A DNA stretch of 64,000 bases, from positions 448,001-512,000 of the forward strand of contig OY764159.1 of assembly GCA_963668175.1 (NCBI GenBank). The letters run 5' to 3'. Position 1 is the stretch's first letter; every line of letters starts with the position of its first letter. A program made the position numbers and the translations under genes. This DNA comes from Syntrophales bacterium. Lineage in GTDB: Bacteria > Desulfobacterota > Syntrophia > Syntrophales > PHBD01. Under the pieces are notes generated by a model, which was not told the DNA's origin, did not search any database, and was given only the letters and a program-made list of their open reading frames with translations. Of the stretch, positions 30,852 through 41,299 are shown in pieces.

Positions 30852-32966
30852 TCAAAAGGAGAAGAGTTTATCGATGAGCTGGGCTTTCATGAGATCCCCT
30901 TCAATCTTCAATTTGCCCGACGTAAAGGCTTTCATGGCGGAAAGTTTCTTATTCATGAGATCGAGGAAATCGGCCGATTCCATCTTCAGCGTACAGGAAG
31001 GTTTGGCATGGAGACCCGCGTTTACACTGCACTTGCCCTCCTGGACTTCGGCATACCATTCGCCGCCGCCTGCTCCGAAGACAACATACTGAAAGACGGC
31101 CTCCACGCCGGCCGCCGCTTCGGGCTTGAAGACTTTGGGCATCCGGTCGAACACCGTCTTGACATCGCTTATGCCTCCCCGCCCCAGTTCCACCTTGTCC
31201 GCCGCACCCCCGGTCTGCAGGGTCTCCATCAAATCGTTGACCATGAGGGTCAGGTGTTCGTATTCCCTGGCGCCTTTCATATTAACAATCTCTTCCCAGT
31301 GGGAGGCGATGTCCTCAACGGCCGGGACATCCTTGCCGGTGCCGAGGACGATGCCTGGCCCGGTGACGACGGCAGCGCGGTTATAGTAACCCATGCCGGC
31401 GTTATAGATATTCCCCGTGACCTGGCAACGGTCCGAGCAGAGATAGAGGACCAGCGGAGAGACGTATTCCGGCTTCATCTTCTCAAGCAGATCGGGAGGC
31501 AGGATATCCTCCGTCAGCCGGGAAGCGGCGATCGGGGCCACGGTATTCACCTTGATGCCGTATTTGCCGCCTTCCAGTTTGAGGGCATGCATGAAACCGA
31601 CCAGCCCCAACTTGGCCGAACTGTAATTGGTCTGGCCGAAATTGCCGTACAGGCCTGCCGCCGACGTGGTCATGACGATGCGTCCGTAACCCTGGTCCCG
31701 CATGGCCGCAAACGCCGGCCGGGTGACGTGGTAGGCGCCGTTAAGATGGACATCAACGACGGCCCGCCAATGCTCCGGCTCCATCTTGGCGATGCTTTTG
31801 TCCCTCAGGATACCGGCGTTGTTGATGAGGATGTCCAGCCGTCCGAAAGCATTGAGGGCCGTTTTGACGATCCCGTCGCCGCCTTCCGGCGTCGCCACCG
31901 AGTTATAGTCGGCCACGGCCTCACCGCCGGCGGCGCGAATCTCCGCCACGACCATGTCTGCCGGGGAACTGGAGCCGTCTCCCGCCCCGTCGCGGGCTCC
32001 GCCGAAATCGTTCACGACAACTTTCGCACCTCTTTTCGCCAGATTCAGGGCGTATGTCCTGCCCAGGCCGCCCCCGGCACCGGTCACAACGGCCACGCGC
32101 CCGTCGAAGCGTATACGATCGTCCGGAATATCACCGTACTCGAATACGCCGTTGTCGATGACCGCTTCGCCGGTCTTCGTATTCGCAACCCGCCAGAGGG
32201 CCCGCCCATCGCCCGCATTCCATATTTGTACCGCAATGGGGTCTCCGGGATAGAGGGGGCGGGTGAACCGGCAGAACATCCGTCTGGCCTTTTCGGGCCG
32301 TCCGGGAATCAGGCTGGCTATCAAGGCCCGGCATGCAAACCCGTGCGTGCAGAGGCCGTGCATGATCGGCCTCTCGTAGCCGACCGTCCGGGCAAACTCC
32401 GGATCGACGTGCAACGGGAAACGGTCCCCGGACAAGCGGTAAAGCAGTGGCTGATCCGGCGACGGTGATATGTCAACGGTGAAATCGGCCGGTCTGTCAG
32501 GAAATTCGGTTATGGCCGTCTGTGGTCCCGGCTCACCGCCGAATCCCCCGTCGAAGCGACCGAATATCTTTACGATATTGGTGAAAAGTTCTTGGCCGTT
32601 GGAGTGGCGGGTATGGCCTTCGGCGACAATCACGGCGCCTTTGGAGCCCTTGTCGAAATAATGAAGAATACGGCCTTCCGTCGTCATGGTTCCCGAGGTG
32701 GGAATCGGACGATGAAAAATGAGATCCTGTTCCCCATGCAGCATGCCTGCAAAATTGACATGGGACTCCGTCGCAACCAGGCCCAAAAAATCGAAGACCG
32801 ACGCGATGGCAAAACTGGGGATGACCTTGAGATTCTTTTCATAGACATAGTCAAGATCCGTAAACCCCGCCCCCACTCCCAGGGCATACAGGATTACGTC
32901 CTGCTGATCGTATATCTTCGTGACGGGGCCGAGTTTTTTACCGACTGCATCGAAATTGAGTGCCAT
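30852..32966 (-). CDS. Multifunctional (R)-enoyl-CoA hydratase (double hot-dog) - SDR 3-hydroxyacyl-CoA dehydrogenase - SCP2 fusion
   Basis: LYALGVG, LHGEQ, YRLSGDRFPLH, HGLCT; TGAGGGLG, NNAGILRD, YSSAK; C-terminal AFTSGKLKIEGD (SCP2). Confidence 0.92.
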   Translation of the reverse strand: MALNFDAVGKKLGPVTKIYDQQDVILYALGVGAGFTDLDYVYEKNLKVIPSFAIASVFDFLGLVATESHVNFAGMLHGEQDLIFHRPIPTSGTMTTEGRILHYFDKGSKGAVIVAEGHTRHSNGQELFTNIVKIFGRFDGGFGGEPGPQTAITEFPDRPADFTVDISPSPDQPLLYRLSGDRFPLHVDPEFARTVGYERPIMHGLCTHGFACRALIASLIPGRPEKARRMFCRFTRPLYPGDPIAVQIWNAGDGRALWRVANTKTGEAVIDNGVFEYGDIPDDRIRFDGRVAVVTGAGGGLGRTYALNLAKRGAKVVVNDFGGARDGAGDGSSSPADMVVAEIRAAGGEAVADYNSVATPEGGDGIVKTALNAFGRLDILINNAGILRDKSIAKMEPEHWRAVVDVHLNGAYHVTRPAFAAMRDQGYGRIVMTTSAAGLYGNFGQTNYSSAKLGLVGFMHALKLEGGKYGIKVNTVAPIAASRLTEDILPPDLLEKMKPEYVSPLVLYLCSDRCQVTGNIYNAGMGYYNRAAVVTGPGIVLGTGKDVPAVEDIASHWEEIVNMKGAREYEHLTLMVNDLMETLQTGGAADKVELGRGGISDVKTVFDRMPKVFKPEAAAGVEAVFQYVVFGAGGGEWYAEVQEGKCSVNAGLHAKPSCTLKMESADFLDLMNKKLSAMKAFTSGKLKIEGDLMKAQLIDKLFSF

Positions 32967-33145
32967 CTGAATACCTCCCTTGCGTCTTGCCGAAAAACAC
33001 TTTTCGGCTGCTTACATATGGCGACCGCACAGAAACTGCAACGGCGACAGAAAAGAAAGAGCTCTATAGGCCGACCGAAAGCACCCCCGCAAAACGGCGG
33101 ACGATCCGGCGGCTGCAACCTGACATCAGAAATATTTGCTGCTTT

Positions 33146-33808
33146 TCAGAACTTGGTATCTTTCCGTCCTGATCCTTGCTTCTCGTCACGTTTCGCAAAA
33201 GCGGGGATCAGAACGAATTTCAGAGCGTCTTTGACGAGCCGGATATATGCTTCTTTTTCGAGATCGACCATGGCCCGAAACGAATGCTCTCCGGACACAA
33301 AACTGTGAATCCCGTTCATGACGACAAGGACCTCCATCATGGCCCGGGGCGAGGTTTTCCTGGCGTCCGCCGTGAGATTCATGGAACGGGCAATGTCCCC
33401 CGTAAACTCCGGGACATTAAAATCAAGATTGGCTTCATGACGGGTTTTCCCGTAATGACGAAAGAGAATAAGGTTGGAAATTTCCGGATGATCGAAGAGA
33501 TAATCCGTCATCATATCGATGGCGATCGCCATTCTTTCGGTCAAGGGACGGCCGTGGATGATCTTTTCCACATCCCGCAAACTTTGTCCAAGGTCTCTGT
33601 TGATATCGAGGATGACGGCCTCGTAGAGGTCTTTCTTCTCTCCCCAGTGGTAATGCAGGGTCGAGATATCGATTCCGGCTTCCTGGGCGATCATCCGGGT
33701 CGTCGTGCCATGGAAACCGTATTCGCCGAAGACCCGGCGGGCGCAGGCGAGAATTTTCGCCTTCATGGAATCCGGATCGCGGCGGGCTTTTTCCAGGGGG
33801 CTATCCAT
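33146..33808 (-). CDS. TetR/AcrR-family transcriptional regulator
   Basis: ILACARRVFGEYGFHGTTTRMIAQEAGIDISTLHYHWGEKKDLY HTH; start uncertain (33808 vs 33865). Confidence 0.92.
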   Translation of the reverse strand: MDSPLEKARRDPDSMKAKILACARRVFGEYGFHGTTTRMIAQEAGIDISTLHYHWGEKKDLYEAVILDINRDLGQSLRDVEKIIHGRPLTERMAIAIDMMTDYLFDHPEISNLILFRHYGKTRHEANLDFNVPEFTGDIARSMNLTADARKTSPRAMMEVLVVMNGIHSFVSGEHSFRAMVDLEKEAYIRLVKDALKFVLIPAFAKRDEKQGSGRKDTKF

Positions 33809-33844
33809 AAAGCCTGACCTCGCAGAAAGACGGTGACGTGCAGT

Positions 33845-33905
33845 CCCATCTATTGATTCCATCAAATGATGGGCTTAGATTACGAGATGTTGCCTTTGAA
33901 GTCAA
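33845..33905 (-). promoter_or_regulatory. Promoter plus tandem palindromic operator for the TetR operon
   Basis: Minus strand TTGACT (33905-00), 17 nt, TAATCT (33882-77). Perfect palindrome CCATCA-AA-TGATGG (33859-72) with an imperfect adjacent copy CCATCT-AT-TGATTC (33846-59). Confidence 0.7.
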
Positions 33906-33957
33906 ATCGAAATTTATCTTTTTTCGACTGTGGATGGGAAGGATAATGCCCGGTAGC

Positions 33958-34575
33958 TCAAGAGATGTTCAGCAATGCTTCCGGGGTGTCCAAAAGAAAA
34001 TCCGGTGCGGACCTGGCCAACCTGTCCCGGTCGTGCCAGCCCCAGGTCACGCCCACCGATCTGACACCGGCCATTTTCGCCTCAAGGATGTCGCCGACCG
34101 TGTCCCCGATGTAGAAGGTCCGGTCCCTGGCCATGCCGTATTTCTCAATGGCATAGTCGATCTTCTCTTTCTTGCTATAGAGAAAATCCGACCCGAGGAT
34201 CTCTTCAAAATAACTGTCGAAACGATGCGGGGACAGGGCCCTGCGGATGGCCTGCGATCCGTTGGACGAGATAATGACCAGGATATGTTCCTTTCTCATG
34301 ATGTCCAATACCGGAAATACATTCAGGTACGGCTTGATATCATTGTAGTCGACCTGGGCGAGGATGCGCCCTGACGCCCTCGAAAAGGCCTTCAGGTCGA
34401 CCCCTTTCTTCTCCAGGGCCTCATAGAAATTTTCATCGAAGAGTTCGAGAAACTCCTCCCGGCTGCTGATAATCGGCTGGCCGATTTGCTTAAGACAGAG
34501 CGTTACCGTTTTTTCGTAGACGCTAAGGGACTCGACCAAAACGCCGTCGAAATCGAAAAGAAAAAGGTTTTTCAT
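33958..34575 (-). CDS. HAD-family phosphatase (PGPase-like)
   Basis: FDFDGVLVES, ISSN, YIGDTVGDI..AG. Confidence 0.9.
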   Translation of the reverse strand: MKNLFLFDFDGVLVESLSVYEKTVTLCLKQIGQPIISSREEFLELFDENFYEALEKKGVDLKAFSRASGRILAQVDYNDIKPYLNVFPVLDIMRKEHILVIISSNGSQAIRRALSPHRFDSYFEEILGSDFLYSKKEKIDYAIEKYGMARDRTFYIGDTVGDILEAKMAGVRSVGVTWGWHDRDRLARSAPDFLLDTPEALLNIS

Positions 34576-34635
34576 AGGATGAGGTTCTTCGCGTTGCTGC
34601 CTTCAGATGTATTTTATACCCGGAGGAACGACCGG

Positions 34636-35688
34636 CTAAACTGCTTTATGCTTAGCGTTTACAAGCTTTTTAATGTTCCCGCGAAAAGGCGGGAAGATGA
34701 CCCCCTCTTCGGTAACGATGGCCGTAATCAAACGATGGGGCGTGACGTCGAAAGCCGGGTTATAGACATCGACGCCCTTCGGGGCTATTTTAACACCCTG
34801 GATGGATGTCACTTCCGCAGCATTACGCTCTTCGATAGGAATGTCCGCCCCGGTCTTGACGGAGATATCGATCGTGGAAAGCGGCGCGGCGATATAGAAG
34901 GGTATTTTGTTCGCCCTGGCCAAAACGGAAAGCGAATAGGTGCCGATCTTATTGGCCGTATCGCCGTTGGCGGCAATCCGGTCCGCCCCGACGATCACCC
35001 TGTCTATCTTCCCCCGGCTCATGAGAAAGCCGGCCATATTGTCCGTAATCAGGGTGGCGGGGATCTTTTCCTTCATAAGCTCCCAGGCGGTCAGCCTTGC
35101 TCCCTGCAGCACCGGTCTCGTTTCGTCCACATAGACGTGGATCGATTTCCCCTGGTCGCGCGCCGCGCGGATAACGCCCAGCGCGGTCCCGTATCCGGCC
35201 GTCGCCAGCGCCCCTGCATTGCAGTGGGTCAGAAGCCGGTCCCCGTCGGCAATCAGCAATTGCCCGTGCATGCCCATTCTCCGGTTGATGGCGATATCTT
35301 CATCGCAGATCCGGACGGCTTCGCGGATAAGGGCATCCTTGATTTCCTGTGGTTTCGCCGGGAGCAAGGATTCAAAGCAGCGTTTCATGCTTTCGATGGC
35401 CCAGAAGAGATTCCTGGCGGTCGGCCGGGTGCGCGCAAAGGCATCGCATATCCGGTAAAAACACGTGGACAGGACGCTAGGCTTCATCACATTAAGCTGC
35501 GATACCCCGAGGGCGATCCCCAAGGCGGCGGCCACGCCGATGGCCGGGGCGCCCCGGACGGTCAAGTCGTTGATAGCGGCGATGACCTGCTCGTATCGCT
35601 TGCATACCGCGTAGCGCTCCACGCCGGGCAGGGCTTTCTGGTCAATCATGACGACCGTGCCGTCTTGCCAGTAGAGGGTGCGAATCAT
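34636..35688 (-). CDS. mtnA: S-methyl-5-thioribose-1-phosphate isomerase
   Basis: [62 protein letters not shown]. Confidence 0.96.
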   Translation of the reverse strand: MIRTLYWQDGTVVMIDQKALPGVERYAVCKRYEQVIAAINDLTVRGAPAIGVAAALGIALGVSQLNVMKPSVLSTCFYRICDAFARTRPTARNLFWAIESMKRCFESLLPAKPQEIKDALIREAVRICDEDIAINRRMGMHGQLLIADGDRLLTHCNAGALATAGYGTALGVIRAARDQGKSIHVYVDETRPVLQGARLTAWELMKEKIPATLITDNMAGFLMSRGKIDRVIVGADRIAANGDTANKIGTYSLSVLARANKIPFYIAAPLSTIDISVKTGADIPIEERNAAEVTSIQGVKIAPKGVDVYNPAFDVTPHRLITAIVTEEGVIFPPFRGNIKKLVNAKHKAV

Positions 35689-37118
35689 GACTCGGCCAGC
35701 ATCCTGGTTAGAAGTTCGTTGATCAACTGCGGATTGGCCTTCCCCTGCGTGGCCTTCATGACCTGGCCGACGAAATATCCGAAAAGCTTATCTTTTCCCG
35801 CCTTGAACTGGCTGAGCTGGTTGGGGTTGGCCGCGATCACGGACGCGATGATCTTCGCCAGTTCTCCTTCGTCGGTAATCTGCACGAGGCTTTTCTCCTT
35901 GATAATCGCCTCCGGTGACTTGCCCGTCTTGTACATGGCTTCAATGACCTCTTTGGCGATTTTGCCGCTGATCGTGCCGTTCTCGATAAGCTGGATCATG
36001 TCCGCCAGGGCGGCCGGCGAAATGGGGCATTCCTTGATGCTTCGCTTGTCTTCGTTGAGAAAGCGGAGCACATCGCCCATGACCCAGTTGCTCGCTATTT
36101 TTGGCTTTCCGGACAGGCGGACCACCTCTTCATAATACTCGGCCAGGGCCTTGCTGGTCGTCAACACGCCGGCATCGTAGGGCGGTATCTGGTATTCCCG
36201 GACGAACCGCTCTCTCTTTTCCAGCGGCAATTCGGGAAGCATTGCTTTCAGGTCGGCGATCCAGGCGTCGCTGATCTGGATCTGCACAAGGTCCGGATCG
36301 GGAAAGTAGCGGTAATCGTGGGCCTCTTCCTTGCCCCGCATGGAATTGGTGACCCCCTGGCTGTCGTCCCAGAGCCTCGTCTCCTGGACCACTTCTCCGC
36401 CGCCCTCCAGGATATACTGCTGGCGCTTGATCTCGTATTCCAGCGCCCGCTGGACGTTCCGGAAAGAGTTCATGTTCTTGAGCTCGGTTCTCGTCCCGAA
36501 GGCATCCCGCCCTTTAGGCCGGATCGAAATGTTGGCGTCGCACCGGAAACTGCCCTCTTCCATGTTGCCGTCGCAGATCTCGAGATAGACGAGTATCTCA
36601 TGCAGTCGATGGAGATAGGCGGCGGCTTCGGCGGCGCTCCTGATGTCCGGTTCGCTGACGATCTCGATGAGAGGTACGCCCGTGCGGTTCAAATCGACGT
36701 AACTGGAAGGATAGCGCTCGTCATGAATCAGCTTGCCTGCATCTTCCTCCATGTGGATGCGCGTTATCCCGATCCGTTTCTTGCCGCCGTTCTCCTCGAC
36801 GTCGATCCAGCCGTGTTCCGCAAGGGGAAAGGCGTATTGTGATATCTGGTAGCCCTTGGGCAGGTCCGGATAAAAATAGTTCTTCCGGGCATAACTGCTG
36901 GAGGGGTTGATGCGGCAATTCGTCGCCAGCGACATTTTCATCGCAAACTCAACGACCTTTTTATTAAGCACGGGTAAGACGCCGGGCATCCCAAGGCAGA
37001 CGGGACAGGTGAGACTGTTTGGCGAAGCCCCGAATTTTGTTGAACAACCACAGAATATCTTCGAGTCCGTCAGTAGCTGGGCATGCACCTCCAGCCCGAT
37101 TACCGGTTCGTATTCCAT
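35685..37118 (-). CDS. gatB: Asp/Glu-tRNA amidotransferase subunit B
   Basis: [42 protein letters not shown]. Confidence 0.98.
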   Translation of the reverse strand: MEYEPVIGLEVHAQLLTDSKIFCGCSTKFGASPNSLTCPVCLGMPGVLPVLNKKVVEFAMKMSLATNCRINPSSSYARKNYFYPDLPKGYQISQYAFPLAEHGWIDVEENGGKKRIGITRIHMEEDAGKLIHDERYPSSYVDLNRTGVPLIEIVSEPDIRSAAEAAAYLHRLHEILVYLEICDGNMEEGSFRCDANISIRPKGRDAFGTRTELKNMNSFRNVQRALEYEIKRQQYILEGGGEVVQETRLWDDSQGVTNSMRGKEEAHDYRYFPDPDLVQIQISDAWIADLKAMLPELPLEKRERFVREYQIPPYDAGVLTTSKALAEYYEEVVRLSGKPKIASNWVMGDVLRFLNEDKRSIKECPISPAALADMIQLIENGTISGKIAKEVIEAMYKTGKSPEAIIKEKSLVQITDEGELAKIIASVIAANPNQLSQFKAGKDKLFGYFVGQVMKATQGKANPQLINELLTRMLAES

Positions 37119-38575
37119 TACAGATTCGGTCTCCTTTTCTCGATTTTCGCATTCTTTTCATAGACGGCGGCAAACTGCAGCAGCTTTCCTTCCTCGAAGT
37201 GTCCCGCCTGAAACTGAACGCCGATCGGCAAACCCGACGCCGTATACCCGCAGGGAACAGACATGCCAGGAATACCGGCCAGATTGGTCGATATGGTGAA
37301 GATGTCGGACAGGTACATCTGCAGGGGATCGTCCATCTTCTCGCCGATTTTGAAGGCGGCCGTCGGCGACGTCGGCGTCAGGATGACATCGCATTTCTTA
37401 AAAGCGTCGTCAAAATCTTTGCGGATCAGGGCCCGCACCTGCGAGGCCTTTTTGTAATAAGCGTCGTAATAACCTGAGGAAAGAACATACGTGCCGAGCA
37501 TGATGCGCCTTTTTACCTCCGCTCCGAAGCCCTCGGAACGGGTCTTTTTGTACATCCCCATGAGATCGCTCTCCGCTTCCGTCCGGTAGCCGTACTTGAC
37601 GCCGTCGTACCGGGCCAGGTTGGAGCTTGCCTCCGCCGGCGCCACGATGTAGTAGACGGCAAGGCAGTATTCCGTATGGGGCAGGGACACGTCTATGCAC
37701 TTCGCCCCGCTGGCTTCGACGACACTGATAACCTTGCGGACCGCCTGCTCGACATCGGGATCGATGCCTTCGATAAAATACTCCTTCGGGATACCTACGG
37801 TCCAGCCGTCAATCCCCCGACCCAGGAACTGCCGGTAGTCGGGAACCTCTATCGGCACAGACGTCGATTCTTTCGGATCGTAGCCGGCCAGGACGTTCAT
37901 CATGATCGCGCAATCCTCCACGTCCTTCGTGAAGGGGCCTATCTGATCCAGTGAAGAAGCAAAGGCGACAAGACCGAAACGGGACACACGGCCATACGTA
38001 GGCTTCAGGCCCACGATACCGCAGAGGGCCGCCGGCTGACGGATCGACCCTCCTGTATCCGACCCGAGCGAGGCGATACATTCATCGGCCGCCAGGGCCG
38101 CCGCCGAACCGCCGCTGGAACCTCCGGGAATCCTCTCGATATCCCAGGGGTTGCGGGTCACGCCGAAATAGGATGTCTCCGTCGATGAGCCCATGGCGAA
38201 TTCGTCCATGTTCGTCTTGCCCGTAAACACGGCACCTGCGGCGCGCAGCTTTTCGACGATAGTGGCATTGTAGGGAGGGACGAAATTATGGAGAATCCTC
38301 GACCCGCAGGTCGTGCGCAGGCCTTTTGTACAATAGATGTCCTTCAGGGCGATGGGGATACCTGTAAGCGCAACGATGTCGCCTTTCTTGATGGCGAGAT
38401 CCGCTTCCGCCGCCTGTTCGAACGCGGCTTCCCTCAACAGCGTAATGTAGGCATGAACGCGCTCCTCCACGGCGTCGATCCGCTTGAAAACGGACGAAAC
38501 GATATCCGTGGATGAAACCGCCCCTGCCTTGATTTTGTCCATCAACTCATGGATGGTTGACTCGTAAAGTTCCAT
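37118..38575 (-). CDS. gatA: Asp/Glu-tRNA amidotransferase subunit A
   Basis: Amidase signature [40 protein letters not shown]. Confidence 0.98.
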   Translation of the reverse strand: MELYESTIHELMDKIKAGAVSSTDIVSSVFKRIDAVEERVHAYITLLREAAFEQAAEADLAIKKGDIVALTGIPIALKDIYCTKGLRTTCGSRILHNFVPPYNATIVEKLRAAGAVFTGKTNMDEFAMGSSTETSYFGVTRNPWDIERIPGGSSGGSAAALAADECIASLGSDTGGSIRQPAALCGIVGLKPTYGRVSRFGLVAFASSLDQIGPFTKDVEDCAIMMNVLAGYDPKESTSVPIEVPDYRQFLGRGIDGWTVGIPKEYFIEGIDPDVEQAVRKVISVVEASGAKCIDVSLPHTEYCLAVYYIVAPAEASSNLARYDGVKYGYRTEAESDLMGMYKKTRSEGFGAEVKRRIMLGTYVLSSGYYDAYYKKASQVRALIRKDFDDAFKKCDVILTPTSPTAAFKIGEKMDDPLQMYLSDIFTISTNLAGIPGMSVPCGYTASGLPIGVQFQAGHFEEGKLLQFAAVYEKNAKIEKRRPNL

Positions 38576-38671
38576 GTTGTCTCCTGTTTGACTGTAACCC
38601 GGGAAATAACGACTGTTTCAGATATATCGGATTCGGGCCGGCCTTGCAATCGGCAAAGTCTGCATAGCGGC

Positions 38672-38959
38672 CTATTCGATGACTTTCGGTACACGGAAAT
38701 ACTCGCCCCGGGGGTCGGGCGCATTGGCCAGCGACTCATCGGTCGCGAGCGAGACCTTGACGGCATCGTCCCTGAAGGCGTTGTTCAGGGCTATGGCATG
38801 GCTCATGGGTTCGACGCCGCCGGTATCGGCCTGGTTCAGTTTGTCCATGTACATGAGAATATTGTCCAACTGGGAGGTGAATTTCACTTTTTCCTCTTCC
38901 GTAAATTCCAGCCGCGCCAAATGGGCGACGTGCTCCACTTCCTTCTTGTCGATCTTCAA
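38672..38959 (-). CDS. gatC: Asp/Glu-tRNA amidotransferase subunit C
   Basis: VEHVAHLARL, FRDD, NAP..FRVPKVI; TTG start with GGAGG RBS. Confidence 0.96.
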   Translation of the reverse strand: MKIDKKEVEHVAHLARLEFTEEEKVKFTSQLDNILMYMDKLNQADTGGVEPMSHAIALNNAFRDDAVKVSLATDESLANAPDPRGEYFRVPKVIE

Positions 38960-38971
38960 AACAATCCTCCG

Positions 38972-40024
38972 TCAAAATACCATCCACATAGGTTCAAGTT
39001 GCTGGATAACGCGGCTGATGAGGGCGTCCCTCGAATGATCGGCCTCGCTTAACGTTTGCTGGATTTGCGCCTCCGTAACCCTGGTCTCCCCGCGCATCTC
39101 CAGAAGTACCGCTTTCACCGACTTGGCAAGCCCCGTCACATGGTAGCCCCCTTCGAGTACGGCGACCAGCCTATCGCTGCAGCATTGCTCGGCGATGTCC
39201 ATGAGAACACGGGTCAGGTTGGCAAACCCTTGGGGAGTCACTTTCATCCCTCCCAGCGGGTCCTGAAAGTAAATATCGAATCCTGCCGAAAGCAAGACCA
39301 TATCCGGTTTAAATGCCATCGCCAGGGGCTCAAGGATACTCTTGTATATTTTTAAATAGACGGCATCGTCGGCGCCGGCACTGAGCGGCACGTTGACCGT
39401 ATAGCCGTTCCCCTGCCCCCGGCCGGTCTCGCTCACCGCCCCGGAACCGGGATAGTAAGGATACTGGTGCGTTGAAAAATAAAGGACCTGGGGATCATCG
39501 TAAAAAATGGACTGGGTGCCGTCGCCATGGTGCAGGTCCCAATCGACAATCAATATTCTGTGCATGTTGTGCTTACGGATGGCGTATCGGGCACCGACGG
39601 CGACATTGTTGAAAATACAGAAGCCTGCCGCTTCATCCTTGTGAGCATGGTGACCGGGCGGCCGGATTAAGGCGAAGGCATTGCGGACCTCTCCGGCAAC
39701 AACGGCATCGATGGCATTACAGACGCCGCCGACCGCCAGTTTCGCAGTATCATAAGAATCCGCCGTCGTTTCCGTATCGGGATCGAGAGAGTAATAGGCC
39801 TGCCCCGCTGTTCCGGCTATCAGTTGTATATAAGACGGCGTATGGACGGCGGCCAGTTCTTCGTGAGAGGCGTATCGCGATGGGATATCCACGAATTTTC
39901 CGACCATGTCGTGGACATCCAGCATGTTGTAGATCGCCTCCAGCCTTTTCGGCGATTCGGGATGATAATCCGTACCGTGACGGTAGTACCTTCGGTCCCG
40001 TACAATGCCCGTTTCTGAAAACAA
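38972..40024 (-). CDS. Zn-dependent histone deacetylase-family amidohydrolase
   Basis: HPESP, RPPGHHA, GFCIFNN, DWDLHHGDGTQ, SAGFD, LEGGY. Confidence 0.94.
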   Translation of the reverse strand: MFSETGIVRDRRYYRHGTDYHPESPKRLEAIYNMLDVHDMVGKFVDIPSRYASHEELAAVHTPSYIQLIAGTAGQAYYSLDPDTETTADSYDTAKLAVGGVCNAIDAVVAGEVRNAFALIRPPGHHAHKDEAAGFCIFNNVAVGARYAIRKHNMHRILIVDWDLHHGDGTQSIFYDDPQVLYFSTHQYPYYPGSGAVSETGRGQGNGYTVNVPLSAGADDAVYLKIYKSILEPLAMAFKPDMVLLSAGFDIYFQDPLGGMKVTPQGFANLTRVLMDIAEQCCSDRLVAVLEGGYHVTGLAKSVKAVLLEMRGETRVTEAQIQQTLSEADHSRDALISRVIQQLEPMWMVF

Positions 40025-40135
40025 ACCTCTACCTTCCCTTTCCTGCTGCCAGCCTCAATAAACGACCCATTTACCTATCACAGGAAACGCCAAAACGCAA
40101 AATATTTCGGCCATCACCGCCTTTCTTAAAATCCA

Positions 40136-40165
40136 TTGACAAACCAATTGGCCTATATATATAGT
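40136..40165 (+). promoter_or_regulatory. Candidate sigma70 promoter of tat-PBP1A operon
   Basis: TTGACA at 40136-41; TATATA/TATAGT 16-18 nt downstream. Confidence 0.55.
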
Positions 40166-40189
40166 TTGCGGCAAATATGAAGGCTTGAC

Positions 40190-40510
40190 ATGTTTGGTAT
40201 CGGCATCACAGAATTAATCATCATCGCAATTGTCGCCCTGCTGGTCGTGGGTCCAAAGAGGCTTCCCGATTTGGCCAAGTCTATGGGCAAAGGCTTGTCG
40301 GAGTTCAAAAGGGCGGCGGACGATGTAACCGACGGCATCAAGGAAAGCCTGCAGACGGATGACGTTAAAGCGCATACGACCGATATGAAGGAAACACCGA
40401 CGCACAGTCAACAGACAACCGAACCCCCACCGCCTCCTTCCGATCCGGCCGCTGACACTTCGAAGAAAGCGGACCCTTATGCGGAACATAAATCAAGCTC
40501 CCCTAAATAA
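40190..40510 (+). CDS. tatB: Twin-arginine translocase TatA/TatB subunit
   Basis: MFGIGITEL..LLVVGPKRLPDLAKSMG, amphipathic helix, Pro-rich tail; TatA vs TatB assignment uncertain. Confidence 0.8.
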   Translation: MFGIGITELIIIAIVALLVVGPKRLPDLAKSMGKGLSEFKRAADDVTDGIKESLQTDDVKAHTTDMKETPTHSQQTTEPPPPPSDPAADTSKKADPYAEHKSSSPK

Positions 40511-40531
40511 ACTGATCGCTTATTCGACCTT

Positions 40532-41299
40532 ATGACCGATTCAAACGACGAAAAAATGCCTTTAACTGCCCATCTGGAGGAATTCAGAAAACGGCTTATC
40601 CGGGTTCTTATAGGACTTGCCATCGGATTTGGCGTTTGCTGGTACTGGCGGGATATACTCTTTAATATCATTACGAGACCGCTCGCCCAGGTTCTTCCGA
40701 AAACGAGCTACATGATCTACACGGGATTGCCGGAGGCTTTCTTCATTTATATGAAAATTGCGCTTTTCGGGTCCCTGCTTCTTACAAGCCCGTATACACT
40801 CTACCAGATATGGAAATTCATTTCCCCGGGACTGTACAAGTCGGAAAAGAGGTATGTCTTTCCTTTCGTTCTTTCGTCGAGCCTCCTTTTCATAGGCGGC
40901 GTCCTTTTTGGATACTATATCGCCCTGCCGCCGGCGTTCGCTTTCTTCGTCGAATTTTCATCCGATTTTTTAAAGCCGATGATCTCGTTCAGGGAATATC
41001 TGTCGCTCATCCTGAAATTCCTGCTTTCCTTCGGACTCTGTTTTGAAATGCCTGTGTTCATCTTCTTCCTGGCCAAGGTCGGCATCGTCAACGCCAAGAT
41101 GCTCTCCAAGCAGAGACGGTATGCCATCCTGATCATCTTTATCGCCGCCGCTATTCTGACCCCGTCGCCTGATGCCATGAGCCAGATTATCATGGCCATC
41201 CCATTGATGGTCCTTTACGAAATCAGCATCTTCGTCGCCCGGTTCGCCGGCAGGAAAAAGGCCGCGGCTGATAAAGAGACGGAACAGGAAACGATATGA
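40532..41299 (+). CDS. tatC: Twin-arginine translocase TatC
   Basis: HLEEFRKR, YQIWKFISPGL, FEMP, TPSPD, LYEISI. Confidence 0.96.
   Translation: MTDSNDEKMPLTAHLEEFRKRLIRVLIGLAIGFGVCWYWRDILFNIITRPLAQVLPKTSYMIYTGLPEAFFIYMKIALFGSLLLTSPYTLYQIWKFISPGLYKSEKRYVFPFVLSSSLLFIGGVLFGYYIALPPAFAFFVEFSSDFLKPMISFREYLSLILKFLLSFGLCFEMPVFIFFLAKVGIVNAKMLSKQRRYAILIIFIAAAILTPSPDAMSQIIMAIPLMVLYEISIFVARFAGRKKAAADKETEQETI

Noticed and set aside
30789..30853. Hairpins between the MFE-like and HMGS-like genes, and GCCGAAAA/TTTTCGGC at 32989-33008
   Set aside because: No clear U tract and no second copy elsewhere; probably mRNA-stability hairpins, not REP elements or ncRNA.
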